Source: a virus
Taxonomy: Duplodnaviria > Caudoviricetes
DNA length: 25,588 bases
IMG/VR virus record: IMGVR_UViG_3300028585_000061
Location: 1-25,588 of that record
Direction: 5' to 3' (one strand)
Shown here piece by piece: positions 9,031 through 16,701 of the stretch (its first letter is position 1; each line of letters starts with the position of its first letter). The translations under genes and the position numbers were made by a program. The notes below the pieces were generated by a model. The model did not search any database, was not told where the DNA came from, and saw only the letters and a program-made list of their open reading frames with translations.

Positions 9031-9052
9031 AGTAATGTAGGTTTATAAAAAT
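9031..9052 (-). promoter_or_regulatory. Putative early promoter TTTTATAAACCTACATTACT driving the nvRNAP-subunit operon
   Basis: AT-rich intergenic motif shared with 18245-18262. Its position fits the need for nvRNAP genes to be transcribed early by the virion RNAP. Confidence 0.65.
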
Positions 9053-9058
9053 TTAGAC

Positions 9059-9097
9059 GGCATAAGAGGAGGAGCTTTTGCTCCTCCTCAGTTATGT
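9059..9097 (-). terminator. Hairpin downstream of the major capsid gene
   Basis: Perfect 10-bp stem GAGGAGGAGC-TTTT-GCTCCTCCTC (9066-9089) flanked by GGCATAA / TTATGT. Confidence 0.75.
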
Positions 9098-9131
9098 TAG
9101 TAAAAACTAACTAAGTAGTTATCCTTGCGGA

Positions 9132-11438
9132 TTAGCTACCTGTACCGCCATTAGCAGTAGAACCGGTGCCGGTAGGCGCGGTAGTGCCGTTGGCTGGAGT
9201 GGTGTTCAGGCCACCCAGGTCTTGGGTACCTGCAGCTTCTGGCTCGCTGATGATATCTGCAGCGATAGTGATCTTGCCAGTGTAAGCTTCTTCCAGGCCG
9301 GTGATGGTGATGTTCGCGATGATCGGGCAAACAACAACATGCAGGTTACGCGGCTGTACCATGGTTTCTTCGATGTAGGTACCGTTACGCATTACGTTAA
9401 CAGTTGCTACGATCTCAGGAACCCACAGGTGCATACCGAAAGTCAACAGATCCAGACCGCCTGACTTCATACGAGACAGAGTCATCAGGATCTTACCGCG
9501 CATTTCGATGTTGTTGGTAGTGGCCACGTGCACTTTGAAGCTGATACCAGCTGTGCGGAGGTCACCAACTTCCATCAGGTACTGAGCGATGATGTTGTCG
9601 GTTGCGATAACCAGAGTTGGAGTTACTTCGTTGTACAGCATCTGCAGTGCAACGTTGTAGCCTGACTCGGCGTTCATGCGGTATGCGTAAGTACGCAGGA
9701 TGTTCAGGATCTTTTCAGAAACGTCATCACGGGTCTGAGAAGACTTAACGCCGTTCACAGTTTTAGAGATGTCGTAAGAACCTTCACCGTACCATGGGTC
9801 AACTACTGCTTTACCCACGCCTTCGATGCTGTTCTCATCGTAACGCTGCCACAGGCCGTTGTTGGTCACACCCGCATCACGGATGGTTTCAACGTAGTCC
9901 AGCAGACGGCTGATAGCCATTGCGGAGTTACGGGCGTAGGTCGCATTGCTCAGAGTTTCAACAGCGATAGACTCTTTCGGGCCCCACGCGTCAGTTGCCG
10001 GAGCGATAGCAGTGATTGGCGCGCCCAGCTGTACCATGTACTTGTACACGGAAGTCTGACGGTCAACACGCTGTTCGCGAGTACGGAAGTTGCTGTTACG
10101 CAGGTTAGCACGCAGCTGGTAGCCAACGAAGGTCAGGGTCAGGCCGTCGATCGCATCTTTCAGTGCGCCAGACTTGACGTTCATCTCTTCTTTAGCAACG
10201 GTGTCGTAGATACGAGTGATGGTAGGCTGAGTCAGACCACCAACAACAACAGAACCTTTCTCGTGGTTCAGGGTACCTTTGATATCCAGCGCCAGGATCG
10301 CTTGCTGACCACCAGTGACCAACGGAGCCAGCAGAGCTGAATCGGTGTTGTCAACAGTTTTGGTCAGGTCGTTCAGGCCGATGGTAACGTTAGAGAGGTC
10401 CAGAGACGTCTCGAACTTGTCGCCTTCCTGAGATTTCTGGAAAGTAGAACGATCCAGGTGATCAGTACGCAGACGGAACAGCTCTTTGGTACCAGAAGCG
10501 TTAGCCACTTCGATCCAGATGTACTGCAGACGAGTACCGGTATCGATCTGGTCAGAAGACTCCAGCGCACCAGCCTGAACCAGTGAAGGAGTTGAACACA
10601 GACCCATGAAGCCGATTTTCAGACCTGGTTTCAGTGCGCCTGATGGCACCAGCTCGCCGCCCTGCAGTTCAGTGAACGCTGGGACAACGGTAGAGAAGTT
10701 GCTGTTGGCAGAACCGTCAGCAGGTTTGTAAGGAACCAGTTTGATCGCATCGTTACGCAGGATGGTCGGGTCACGCATTGCGTTAATGAGCTTCTTACGC
10801 TGCCAATCCGTCACTTCGCCATTTGCTTTGTGCTTGATAAACGGTTCAACGATGTCAACCGGAACAGTTACGCTCAGGCCGATGTCGTTCGGGGTCAGGG
10901 TAGTGGTTGGGAAGAAGGCTTCACCAACGGCATCCTGCTTAGCCGCTTTCAGGTTGTATTCGATCGTTGCGTTCTGCTGTGGCACAAAAGACTGCGCCTG
11001 TTCGAACGCTTCGGTACCGTAACCCTGTTTGATATTGGCAGAGCCGTAACGGCTACCAGATACCAGGCTCAGGTCAGACATTGACGCTGCACGTGCTGCG
11101 CTGTTTTTCAGTGCTGCAGTGTAGGACTGAATGTCGTTACCGATGGTCATTGCGATTGCAGCAGCGTTCAGCTGTGCTTCAGAGTAACCTTCAACGCCAG
11201 CACCCTGGACGTACTGAGCGCCCTGGTTAACAGTGCCTTCACGCAGGACATCTACCAGCAGTTCAACACCGTTCTTAAGGGCAGTGTCTTGCGCACCCTG
11301 ACGACCAGCGTCGAGAGACTCCATACCAAAGCCTTTAACGACTTCGGTGTTACCGGCGAAGTGACCGCCGTTGATGCGGGACTGAATGCGTGACAGCATA
11401 TCGGCATTTTGCGAAGTATGCAGAAGTTTCAAAGCCAT
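9132..11438 (-). CDS. Major capsid protein precursor (phiKZ gp120 / SPN3US gp75-like), 768 aa
   Basis: Size, strong high-expression codon bias and AAGGA SD. Family-like motifs YNLKAAKQDAVGEAFFPTTTLTP and ETMVQPRNLHVVVCPI. The N-terminal propeptide carries GME-40, GVE-59, GVE-83 and GTE-143. Confidence 0.92.
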   Translation of the reverse strand: MALKLLHTSQNADMLSRIQSRINGGHFAGNTEVVKGFGMESLDAGRQGAQDTALKNGVELLVDVLREGTVNQGAQYVQGAGVEGYSEAQLNAAAIAMTIGNDIQSYTAALKNSAARAASMSDLSLVSGSRYGSANIKQGYGTEAFEQAQSFVPQQNATIEYNLKAAKQDAVGEAFFPTTTLTPNDIGLSVTVPVDIVEPFIKHKANGEVTDWQRKKLINAMRDPTILRNDAIKLVPYKPADGSANSNFSTVVPAFTELQGGELVPSGALKPGLKIGFMGLCSTPSLVQAGALESSDQIDTGTRLQYIWIEVANASGTKELFRLRTDHLDRSTFQKSQEGDKFETSLDLSNVTIGLNDLTKTVDNTDSALLAPLVTGGQQAILALDIKGTLNHEKGSVVVGGLTQPTITRIYDTVAKEEMNVKSGALKDAIDGLTLTFVGYQLRANLRNSNFRTREQRVDRQTSVYKYMVQLGAPITAIAPATDAWGPKESIAVETLSNATYARNSAMAISRLLDYVETIRDAGVTNNGLWQRYDENSIEGVGKAVVDPWYGEGSYDISKTVNGVKSSQTRDDVSEKILNILRTYAYRMNAESGYNVALQMLYNEVTPTLVIATDNIIAQYLMEVGDLRTAGISFKVHVATTNNIEMRGKILMTLSRMKSGGLDLLTFGMHLWVPEIVATVNVMRNGTYIEETMVQPRNLHVVVCPIIANITITGLEEAYTGKITIAADIISEPEAAGTQDLGGLNTTPANGTTAPTGTGSTANGGTGS

Positions 11439-11481
11439 GTTCTCGTTTCCTTCAAATAACTTATATAAGTTTTCGATATTA

Positions 11482-11509
11482 CCTTTCTATTAACATATTA
11501 ATAGAAAGG
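11482..11509 (-). promoter_or_regulatory. Perfect 12-bp palindrome with a TATG loop upstream of the capsid gene (candidate late promoter or leader structure)
   Basis: CCTTTCTATTAA-CATA-TTAATAGAAAGG. The loop reads TATG on the coding strand, the phiKZ late promoter consensus. Confidence 0.5.
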
Positions 11510-11585
11510 GGGTTGTGTCGCGCTAACACACGGTCATAACAGTATGCTGCCACTTCTGGCAATGTACATACTATTACATAGATTC

Positions 11586-12215
11586 TTACCCAAAACGTCG
11601 GATTAACGAGTTCTGGTAAATCAGTTCACAAAAGCCAGTCCACAGAGAGGAGAAGTTCTTTGTATCGGCCGTCAGTGTAGCGAATGCCTGAATCGTTTGT
11701 TCAAAAAGACGCTGCTGACAGATGATATTGAAAGAGTCAGCCGAATGCGATGTCGTAATGAACACAGCAACTGTATCTCCACCTACCACTTTCGCTGCGG
11801 TGTCATAGATATAACTCAGATCATCTTCACCAGGCTGTGCGTTCCAGGTGTAAGTTTCACCTGTAAGGTACTCATAAATACTACGCGCTTTTAACAACTG
11901 CTCAGCACGTACCTCAGCAGAGTTCTCATCCAGGAACTTTACCCACGCCGGCGAAGTGAATGTATTCATTACTCCGTTGGTATGGTAAAGCAGATCACGC
12001 AGCGCCGTAACTAACGGCGGTTCTGGGTTGTTCGGGTCTGCTTTATATGATGTGTCACAAAGCAGCACATTCACGACATAGTAGAAAATGACATCACGTC
12101 TTGATAGTATGGAAAGCATTCTCTCAGGACACGTTAAAATTGCTTCACTTTCTTTGGCGTTGTGAATAGCCCGAAGGATCGTCGCTGGCACAATTACCAA
12201 CTTTTCATTGTACAT
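11586..12215 (-). CDS. Probable head/virion protein (phiKZ gp119-like by synteny), 209 aa
   Basis: Lies between helicase and capsid genes. Start moved to ATG 12215 with SD AAGGTGA 6 nt upstream. The function is inferred from position only. Confidence 0.65.
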   Translation of the reverse strand: MYNEKLVIVPATILRAIHNAKESEAILTCPERMLSILSRRDVIFYYVVNVLLCDTSYKADPNNPEPPLVTALRDLLYHTNGVMNTFTSPAWVKFLDENSAEVRAEQLLKARSIYEYLTGETYTWNAQPGEDDLSYIYDTAAKVVGGDTVAVFITTSHSADSFNIICQQRLFEQTIQAFATLTADTKNFSSLWTGFCELIYQNSLIRRFG

Positions 12216-12242
12216 GGTCAATCACCTTATAACGAGGGCATA

Positions 12243-13772
12243 ATGGATACCAATCTATTACTCATAAAGATTATTACGTTATTTTACCAAGAGTCCATTG
12301 TAGGTGCCGATAGTGACGACAGTAGTGAGTTCATTGATGAGCTGCTTGAGAATATCCCAGCGCCAGTAGAAGGCATTGGTGACGACCAATCTCGCAGCGT
12401 ACAGTTAGCATTGCGTCGTACTATTCGTTTCCTGATTAACCGTCCTAAAAACCAACCTCTGGATAAAACTGACATTCTTCAACGCTTGTTAACCGACTGT
12501 GGCCAGGACACGGCGACTTACCAAGCTCTAGATATGGGTGTCAATAGTACTGAGGATGATCCGTACCGTGCACGCCAGTCAACTGTTGCTATCAGCCGTG
12601 AATTACGCAAATGGGATCAACACCGTCGTGCTAAGGCAATTGTCAAACGTTTTGCAGCGCCGATCATGTTTGGTGGTGAAGATGTTGACATGGACTCTGC
12701 AGTAACTAAACTGCTGGAAGAGATCGAAACGGTTAACATCGGCGTGACCGAACAGTTTGACCCTGCGGTGATCTCTGAGGTTACGGTCAGTAACCTTGAT
12801 GAAGTTGGCAAGATCTTCAAGCAGGCAAAGGAAGAATCTTCAACAGTCGGTGTTCTGCGCACAGGGCTGACCGGTATCAACCGCATGCTGGGCGAAGTAG
12901 GTGGTTTCAGGCGTAGTGAGTTTGTCTTGATTGGTGCACTGCAGCACAACAACAAGACAGGTTTCACAATGGACCTGACGCGTCAGATTGCTACCTTCAA
13001 CAAACCTTACATGCGTGATCCGAAGAAGAAACCGATGATCATGCATATCTCTTCTGAAAACAACATGACCGATAACATGGTTCTGTGGTGGAAGAAGATC
13101 AAGGCAAACATCGATGGCTTAAACCACGATCATCAGACAATCGATGAAGCGGTTGCAGCACAAGAAGTCATGAAGGCATTATCCGTTAACGGGTATGAAG
13201 TCAACTTCTGTCGTGTGAACCCATCTCAGTTTGGTTACCGTAACTTATTTGAGCGTATCAAAAACTTTGAGAACATGGGTTATGAGATCCATCTTCTTAC
13301 GATCGATTACCTGGGGATGTTCAGTAAAGAAGGTTGCGAGAAAGGTGTAGCGGGTCAAGAGTACCGTGATCTCTTCCGTCGTGTCCGTAACTTTACTTCA
13401 GCCCGTGGTATTTGTGTTATCACTCCGCATCAGCTTAGCCCTGCTGCGAAGATGCTCGTGCGTAATGGTCTCGAAGAAGACTTGCCGCGCGAAACAGCAA
13501 ACAAAGGTTATTGGGATAACTGTACCAAGATTGACCAAGAGGTTGATGTTGAGATGATTATCCATATCGTGCGTATCGGTGAAGAGGCCTACCTGTGTAT
13601 TCAGCGTGGTAAGCATCGTACTATCTCAGTTACACCTGAGCGCGATAAGTATTGTGTTTATAAGTTTGAAGCCGCGGGTATCCTGGATGATATCAACGGT
13701 AAAGATAAGTCACGCAAACATGTTGGCGGTGAAACACTTGCAGACGGTGGCGCAGCTCCTTGGTTTGGTTAA
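12243..13772 (+). CDS. dnaB: DnaB-like replicative helicase (phiKZ gp118-like), 509 aa
   Basis: LRTGLTGINRMLG, variant Walker A GALQHNNKT, HISSEN, Walker B LTIDYL, ITPHQLS and RGKHR are SF4 helicase motifs. Start moved to ATG 12243 with GAGGG SD. Confidence 0.9.
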   Translation: MDTNLLLIKIITLFYQESIVGADSDDSSEFIDELLENIPAPVEGIGDDQSRSVQLALRRTIRFLINRPKNQPLDKTDILQRLLTDCGQDTATYQALDMGVNSTEDDPYRARQSTVAISRELRKWDQHRRAKAIVKRFAAPIMFGGEDVDMDSAVTKLLEEIETVNIGVTEQFDPAVISEVTVSNLDEVGKIFKQAKEESSTVGVLRTGLTGINRMLGEVGGFRRSEFVLIGALQHNNKTGFTMDLTRQIATFNKPYMRDPKKKPMIMHISSENNMTDNMVLWWKKIKANIDGLNHDHQTIDEAVAAQEVMKALSVNGYEVNFCRVNPSQFGYRNLFERIKNFENMGYEIHLLTIDYLGMFSKEGCEKGVAGQEYRDLFRRVRNFTSARGICVITPHQLSPAAKMLVRNGLEEDLPRETANKGYWDNCTKIDQEVDVEMIIHIVRIGEEAYLCIQRGKHRTISVTPERDKYCVYKFEAAGILDDINGKDKSRKHVGGETLADGGAAPWFG

Positions 13773-13820
13773 TGTCGTAATAGTATGTTCCATTATGGAG
13801 CAACTGAGTAATAACGTTTT

Positions 13821-13859
13821 GAGGAAGTGACTGGATAAGCTGCTTCCTCCTTTTTTTTT
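13821..13859 (+). terminator. Intrinsic terminator after the helicase gene
   Basis: GAGGAAG...CTTCCTC stem followed by C and T9. Confidence 0.75.
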
Positions 13860-13959
13860 GTAGGCCACGTGCCTGAAAATTAAAACTATATCCCCAAGCC
13901 CTCAACCGGCCATATAACTTTTTGTTCGTTACTCACTCCTAACTTGATAAATGAAACCC

Positions 13960-14024
13960 AAAAAAAAAGATTCACGGCACCTCTGAGAGAGAAGCGCAAG
14001 CTTCTCTCTCAGGGGATTATGCCG
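13960..14024 (-). terminator. Long hairpin terminator ending the minus-strand accessory cassette
   Basis: CTGAGAGAGAAGC-GCAA-GCTTCTCTCTCAG stem, outer CGGCA/TGCCG arms, and an A9 run at 13960-13968 (U-tract on the minus strand). Confidence 0.8.
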
Positions 14025-14031
14025 ATTAAGG

Positions 14032-14529
14032 TTAAAAGGTTACGTTACGTATAGCTTGTTCAAACGATAGAAGTACCAAGTGTTTATTGACAGCATTGAC
14101 CCCGCAATACCCCAACCACACCGAAATATAGTGGCGAGAGAAATCATTAGGCCAGGTTCGTCGCCGTGTTTTGATTACCACATGGTGAGCATACACCCGT
14201 TTTCTGCGTCGCTGAGCGCTGTCGTCGCTATCCCAGGATAGTTGATCCTGGTCTAACAACCGCATCCACTCTTTATAGATCTCTTCTATCTTGTCCATTC
14301 CACGGCCGGTAACTACGCAAGTAACGTAAGCGTCACGATCAGCCATACTTTTGCCTTTAGGGTGTGATTCGCAACTCCAGACGGGGGCGATGCCTTCTAT
14401 TGTGTTGAGCTCCCTTACGACCGGCAGAATACCCGGATCAAGATCTTGGGCAAACTGACGCAGCGTAAGGTTGGTGCGTTCTTTAAAGAACTTATAAGTC
14501 GTGGCATTCGAAACATTGATCTTCGCCAT
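14032..14529 (-). CDS. Hypothetical protein with TYW3/Taw3-like N-terminal motif, about 165 aa
   Basis: DLDPGILPVVRELNTIEGIAPVWSCESH resembles the D-x-x-I-x-x-L...N...T-x-S-S-C-S-G-R motif of TYW3-fold proteins. The start is probably 14529 (TAATG overlap with the upstream stop) rather than 14544. Confidence 0.65.
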   Translation of the reverse strand: MAKINVSNATTYKFFKERTNLTLRQFAQDLDPGILPVVRELNTIEGIAPVWSCESHPKGKSMADRDAYVTCVVTGRGMDKIEEIYKEWMRLLDQDQLSWDSDDSAQRRRKRVYAHHVVIKTRRRTWPNDFSRHYISVWLGYCGVNAVNKHLVLLSFEQAIRNVTF

Positions 14530-14939
14530 TATTTCATCACCCAAGTTGCATCACCGATGTGAGGAGATACTGCATCACGCAATTCGATGAGTTCGGGATC
14601 ACCCATCTGCATATTGGCCGGGGGCGACAAGAAGAAAGTTTCAATCGGGCTATCGACACCTACCGATATTAATGTCGGTGTAGTTGTCAATAATCCTACC
14701 TTTGTGTGACCAATCCAAACAGACCCGATCTTGTCTTTGGTGTAATACTCTATTTTAAGCACTCCAAAGGCCAGAGCCGAGGTTTCGTACTTACCGCTGT
14801 GGTTTTCCTCAATATCCTTGTGCATGCGCGTATAGCACGTTACAAACGGTTCTGCGATGGTTTCACGTTGGATCTTTAAAATCTCTCTTTTCCCTGAGAA
14901 GTGATTTTTGACTAATGCGTAATAATAGCCGTTCTTCAT
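14529..14939 (-). CDS. Hypothetical protein, 136 aa
   Basis: ATG with AGGA SD, coupled to the downstream gene. Confidence 0.75.
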   Translation of the reverse strand: MKNGYYYALVKNHFSGKREILKIQRETIAEPFVTCYTRMHKDIEENHSGKYETSALAFGVLKIEYYTKDKIGSVWIGHTKVGLLTTTPTLISVGVDSPIETFFLSPPANMQMGDPELIELRDAVSPHIGDATWVMK

Positions 14940-14966
14940 GGTAACTTTTCCTAGTTAAATTTAATT

Positions 14967-15006
14967 GGCATAAGTGGGAGAAAGTATTACCCCTCTCCCT
15001 TTCTTA
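14967..15006 (-). terminator. Imperfect GGCATAAG-flanked hairpin (weak terminator or processing site)
   Basis: GGCATAAG-TGGGAGA...TCTCCC-TTTCTTAT in the 68-bp intergenic gap. Confidence 0.4.
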
Positions 15007-15007
15007 T

Positions 15008-15313
15008 TTAATAAACGTACAAATTGACACCACCGTGCGCATAACTTTCGCTAGGCGTCTTGATCCCGGTTTCTCGTGACCAGGCAGACCAACGTGGGTC
15101 AGTGTGATCGGCATTAAGATGATAGCCTTGCGGGAAGGTCATCAGATGCACACCAGACTGATCATTACAATCAGCGCGGACAATGTTCTTCTGCGCCTCA
15201 CTCACCCCGCTACCCTGTTTCATTAACCAAGTAAGGTCAATGGCAGGATGCTTTTCTTTTAACACCGTGAGCAGAGGCTCATTGATGTTACTGAACATGA
15301 CAACCGAAGTCAT
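15008..15313 (-). CDS. Hypothetical protein, 101 aa
   Basis: TAATG overlap with the tmk stop and an AAGGA SD. Confidence 0.75.
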   Translation of the reverse strand: MTSVVMFSNINEPLLTVLKEKHPAIDLTWLMKQGSGVSEAQKNIVRADCNDQSGVHLMTFPQGYHLNADHTDPRWSAWSRETGIKTPSESYAHGGVNLYVY

Positions 15314-16083
15314 TAGCCGTTATCCTTATCATCAGGATGGATCATGGTGTTTACCCACAACTCAGGCGTGGCCAGGAACTTCTCGATATGTTTGATCGCC
15401 TCGGCCAGCAATACGTCTTGCGGTTTACGACCGTCTAGGTGGACGATGTAGCTGTCGGCCTTTAGACGAGTGGTAGCTGGCAGGACATGTTCGATACCAC
15501 GGTAGTAGTAACACAGATCTTTCAACTGACGATCATTCATGTTGTCCATGTCATCGTTACCGACAGGGTCAACTGCATTTGAAGCATGACGATTACCCAC
15601 ACGTTCGATAATCGTCTCAGGATCAACATCAAGAATAAAGAGGATGTCTGGGTTCTTGATGTTCAACTGAGAGTGTACAGCGCCCGCTAATGGTGAGTCG
15701 CCGTAGAGCATGCCCTGGTACGCATAGGTCGACAGGTACGTACGATCTTGTACAATGGCGATGCCATCGAGCAGTAGAGCCCGGACATCACGTTGATGCT
15801 CAACACGATCAACCCAGCACAGTAACGTCTTAGACGGGTTACTGAGTGTCTGGCCGGTTTTAGGGTGTAGGATTAACTGACGTACGTTCTGACCGATTGA
15901 AGACCCACCGATCTCATAGGTTGCTTGGACGTTGTCGATACCGACTTGATCTTGCATCCACGCGGTCAGGTTTTTTACGAAAGTGGATTTGCCCGAGCCA
16001 TCAGGACCTTCTACAACCGGCCAGATTGCACGGTCGCCTAAGAATGGATCATGGATAATAAACTTATTGTTCTTGGGGCTCAT
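15313..16083 (-). CDS. tmk: Thymidylate (dTMP) kinase, 256 aa
   Basis: P-loop VEGPDGSGKST, DRVEH, VQDRTYLSTYAYQG, PDILFILDVDPE and a GAGG SD. Confidence 0.93.
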   Translation of the reverse strand: MSPKNNKFIIHDPFLGDRAIWPVVEGPDGSGKSTFVKNLTAWMQDQVGIDNVQATYEIGGSSIGQNVRQLILHPKTGQTLSNPSKTLLCWVDRVEHQRDVRALLLDGIAIVQDRTYLSTYAYQGMLYGDSPLAGAVHSQLNIKNPDILFILDVDPETIIERVGNRHASNAVDPVGNDDMDNMNDRQLKDLCYYYRGIEHVLPATTRLKADSYIVHLDGRKPQDVLLAEAIKHIEKFLATPELWVNTMIHPDDKDNG

Positions 16084-16276
16084 TACTTTCCTCTTGTTTG
16101 ATCAAGGCTGCAAGCTTCTCGAGTTCTTTCTCAGTCACCTTGCGACCATTAGCATAAAAGCACTCTGTCTCAGACAGGCACTGAATGGAATACGGATCTA
16201 ATGGAGAATCCATAGATGCCTGCGCAGCAGGAATGGTAGAGATGGCAATAACGCACAGCAGGAAATATTTGTTCAT
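16064..16276 (-). CDS. Small exported protein, 70 aa, with Sec signal peptide
   Basis: MNKYFLLCVIAISTIPAAQA has a basic n-region, a hydrophobic core and an A-Q-A cleavage site. The mature part has a C-x5-C pair. Confidence 0.75.
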   Translation of the reverse strand: MNKYFLLCVIAISTIPAAQASMDSPLDPYSIQCLSETECFYANGRKVTEKELEKLAALIKQEESNEPQEQ

Positions 16277-16305
16277 GGTTCACTCGTTGATTAATTAGGA
16301 TGCTG

Positions 16306-16701
16306 TTAGTAGTTGTCGTCAGCGTCTGATGTCTCGAGGTTTAACGTCTTCTCGAACATTTCAAAAGCAACATTAAGATCTGATACCACTTTCTCATCGA
16401 TAACGATGTTGTGGTCTTCAAACAAATCGAAGAACTTATCAATATAATCATCAAGTTCTTCAAAGGTTGTGAACTCAATATCGAGTTCATTAAAGATAGT
16501 CTGAATAACGAGCAGGTACCAACCTGCGCCTAAGCGCTTCGATGCATCCGATGAAAGAAGCATGTGAAGCGCAAAGGCGAAGTAGGGGCGTTGTTCGCCC
16601 CCGTTGAAACCTTCCGTCAGTTCAGCTACCTGTGCCAGTTGCCGCGTAAAATCATTTACGCTTGCTACCAGGTTTTCGTACAGGAGCTTCTGGTTTTGCA
16701 T
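16306..16701 (-). CDS. Acidic hypothetical protein, about 131 aa
   Basis: The GAGGT SD is better spaced to ATG 16701 than to GTG 16710. Overlaps the upstream gene end by about 50 bp. Confidence 0.7.
   Translation of the reverse strand: MQNQKLLYENLVASVNDFTRQLAQVAELTEGFNGGEQRPYFAFALHMLLSSDASKRLGAGWYLLVIQTIFNELDIEFTTFEELDDYIDKFFDLFEDHNIVIDEKVVSDLNVAFEMFEKTLNLETSDADDNY

Noticed and set aside
12162-12242. GTG-started extension of the helicase
   Set aside because: It would overlap the divergent gene head-to-head, and ATG 12243 has a proper SD.
13693-13936. Minus-strand mini-ORFs in the convergent gap (70-aa track ORF and a 16-codon GTG ORF)
   Set aside because: They lie downstream of a strong terminator, and either run through the T-tract/hairpin or lack a spaced SD.
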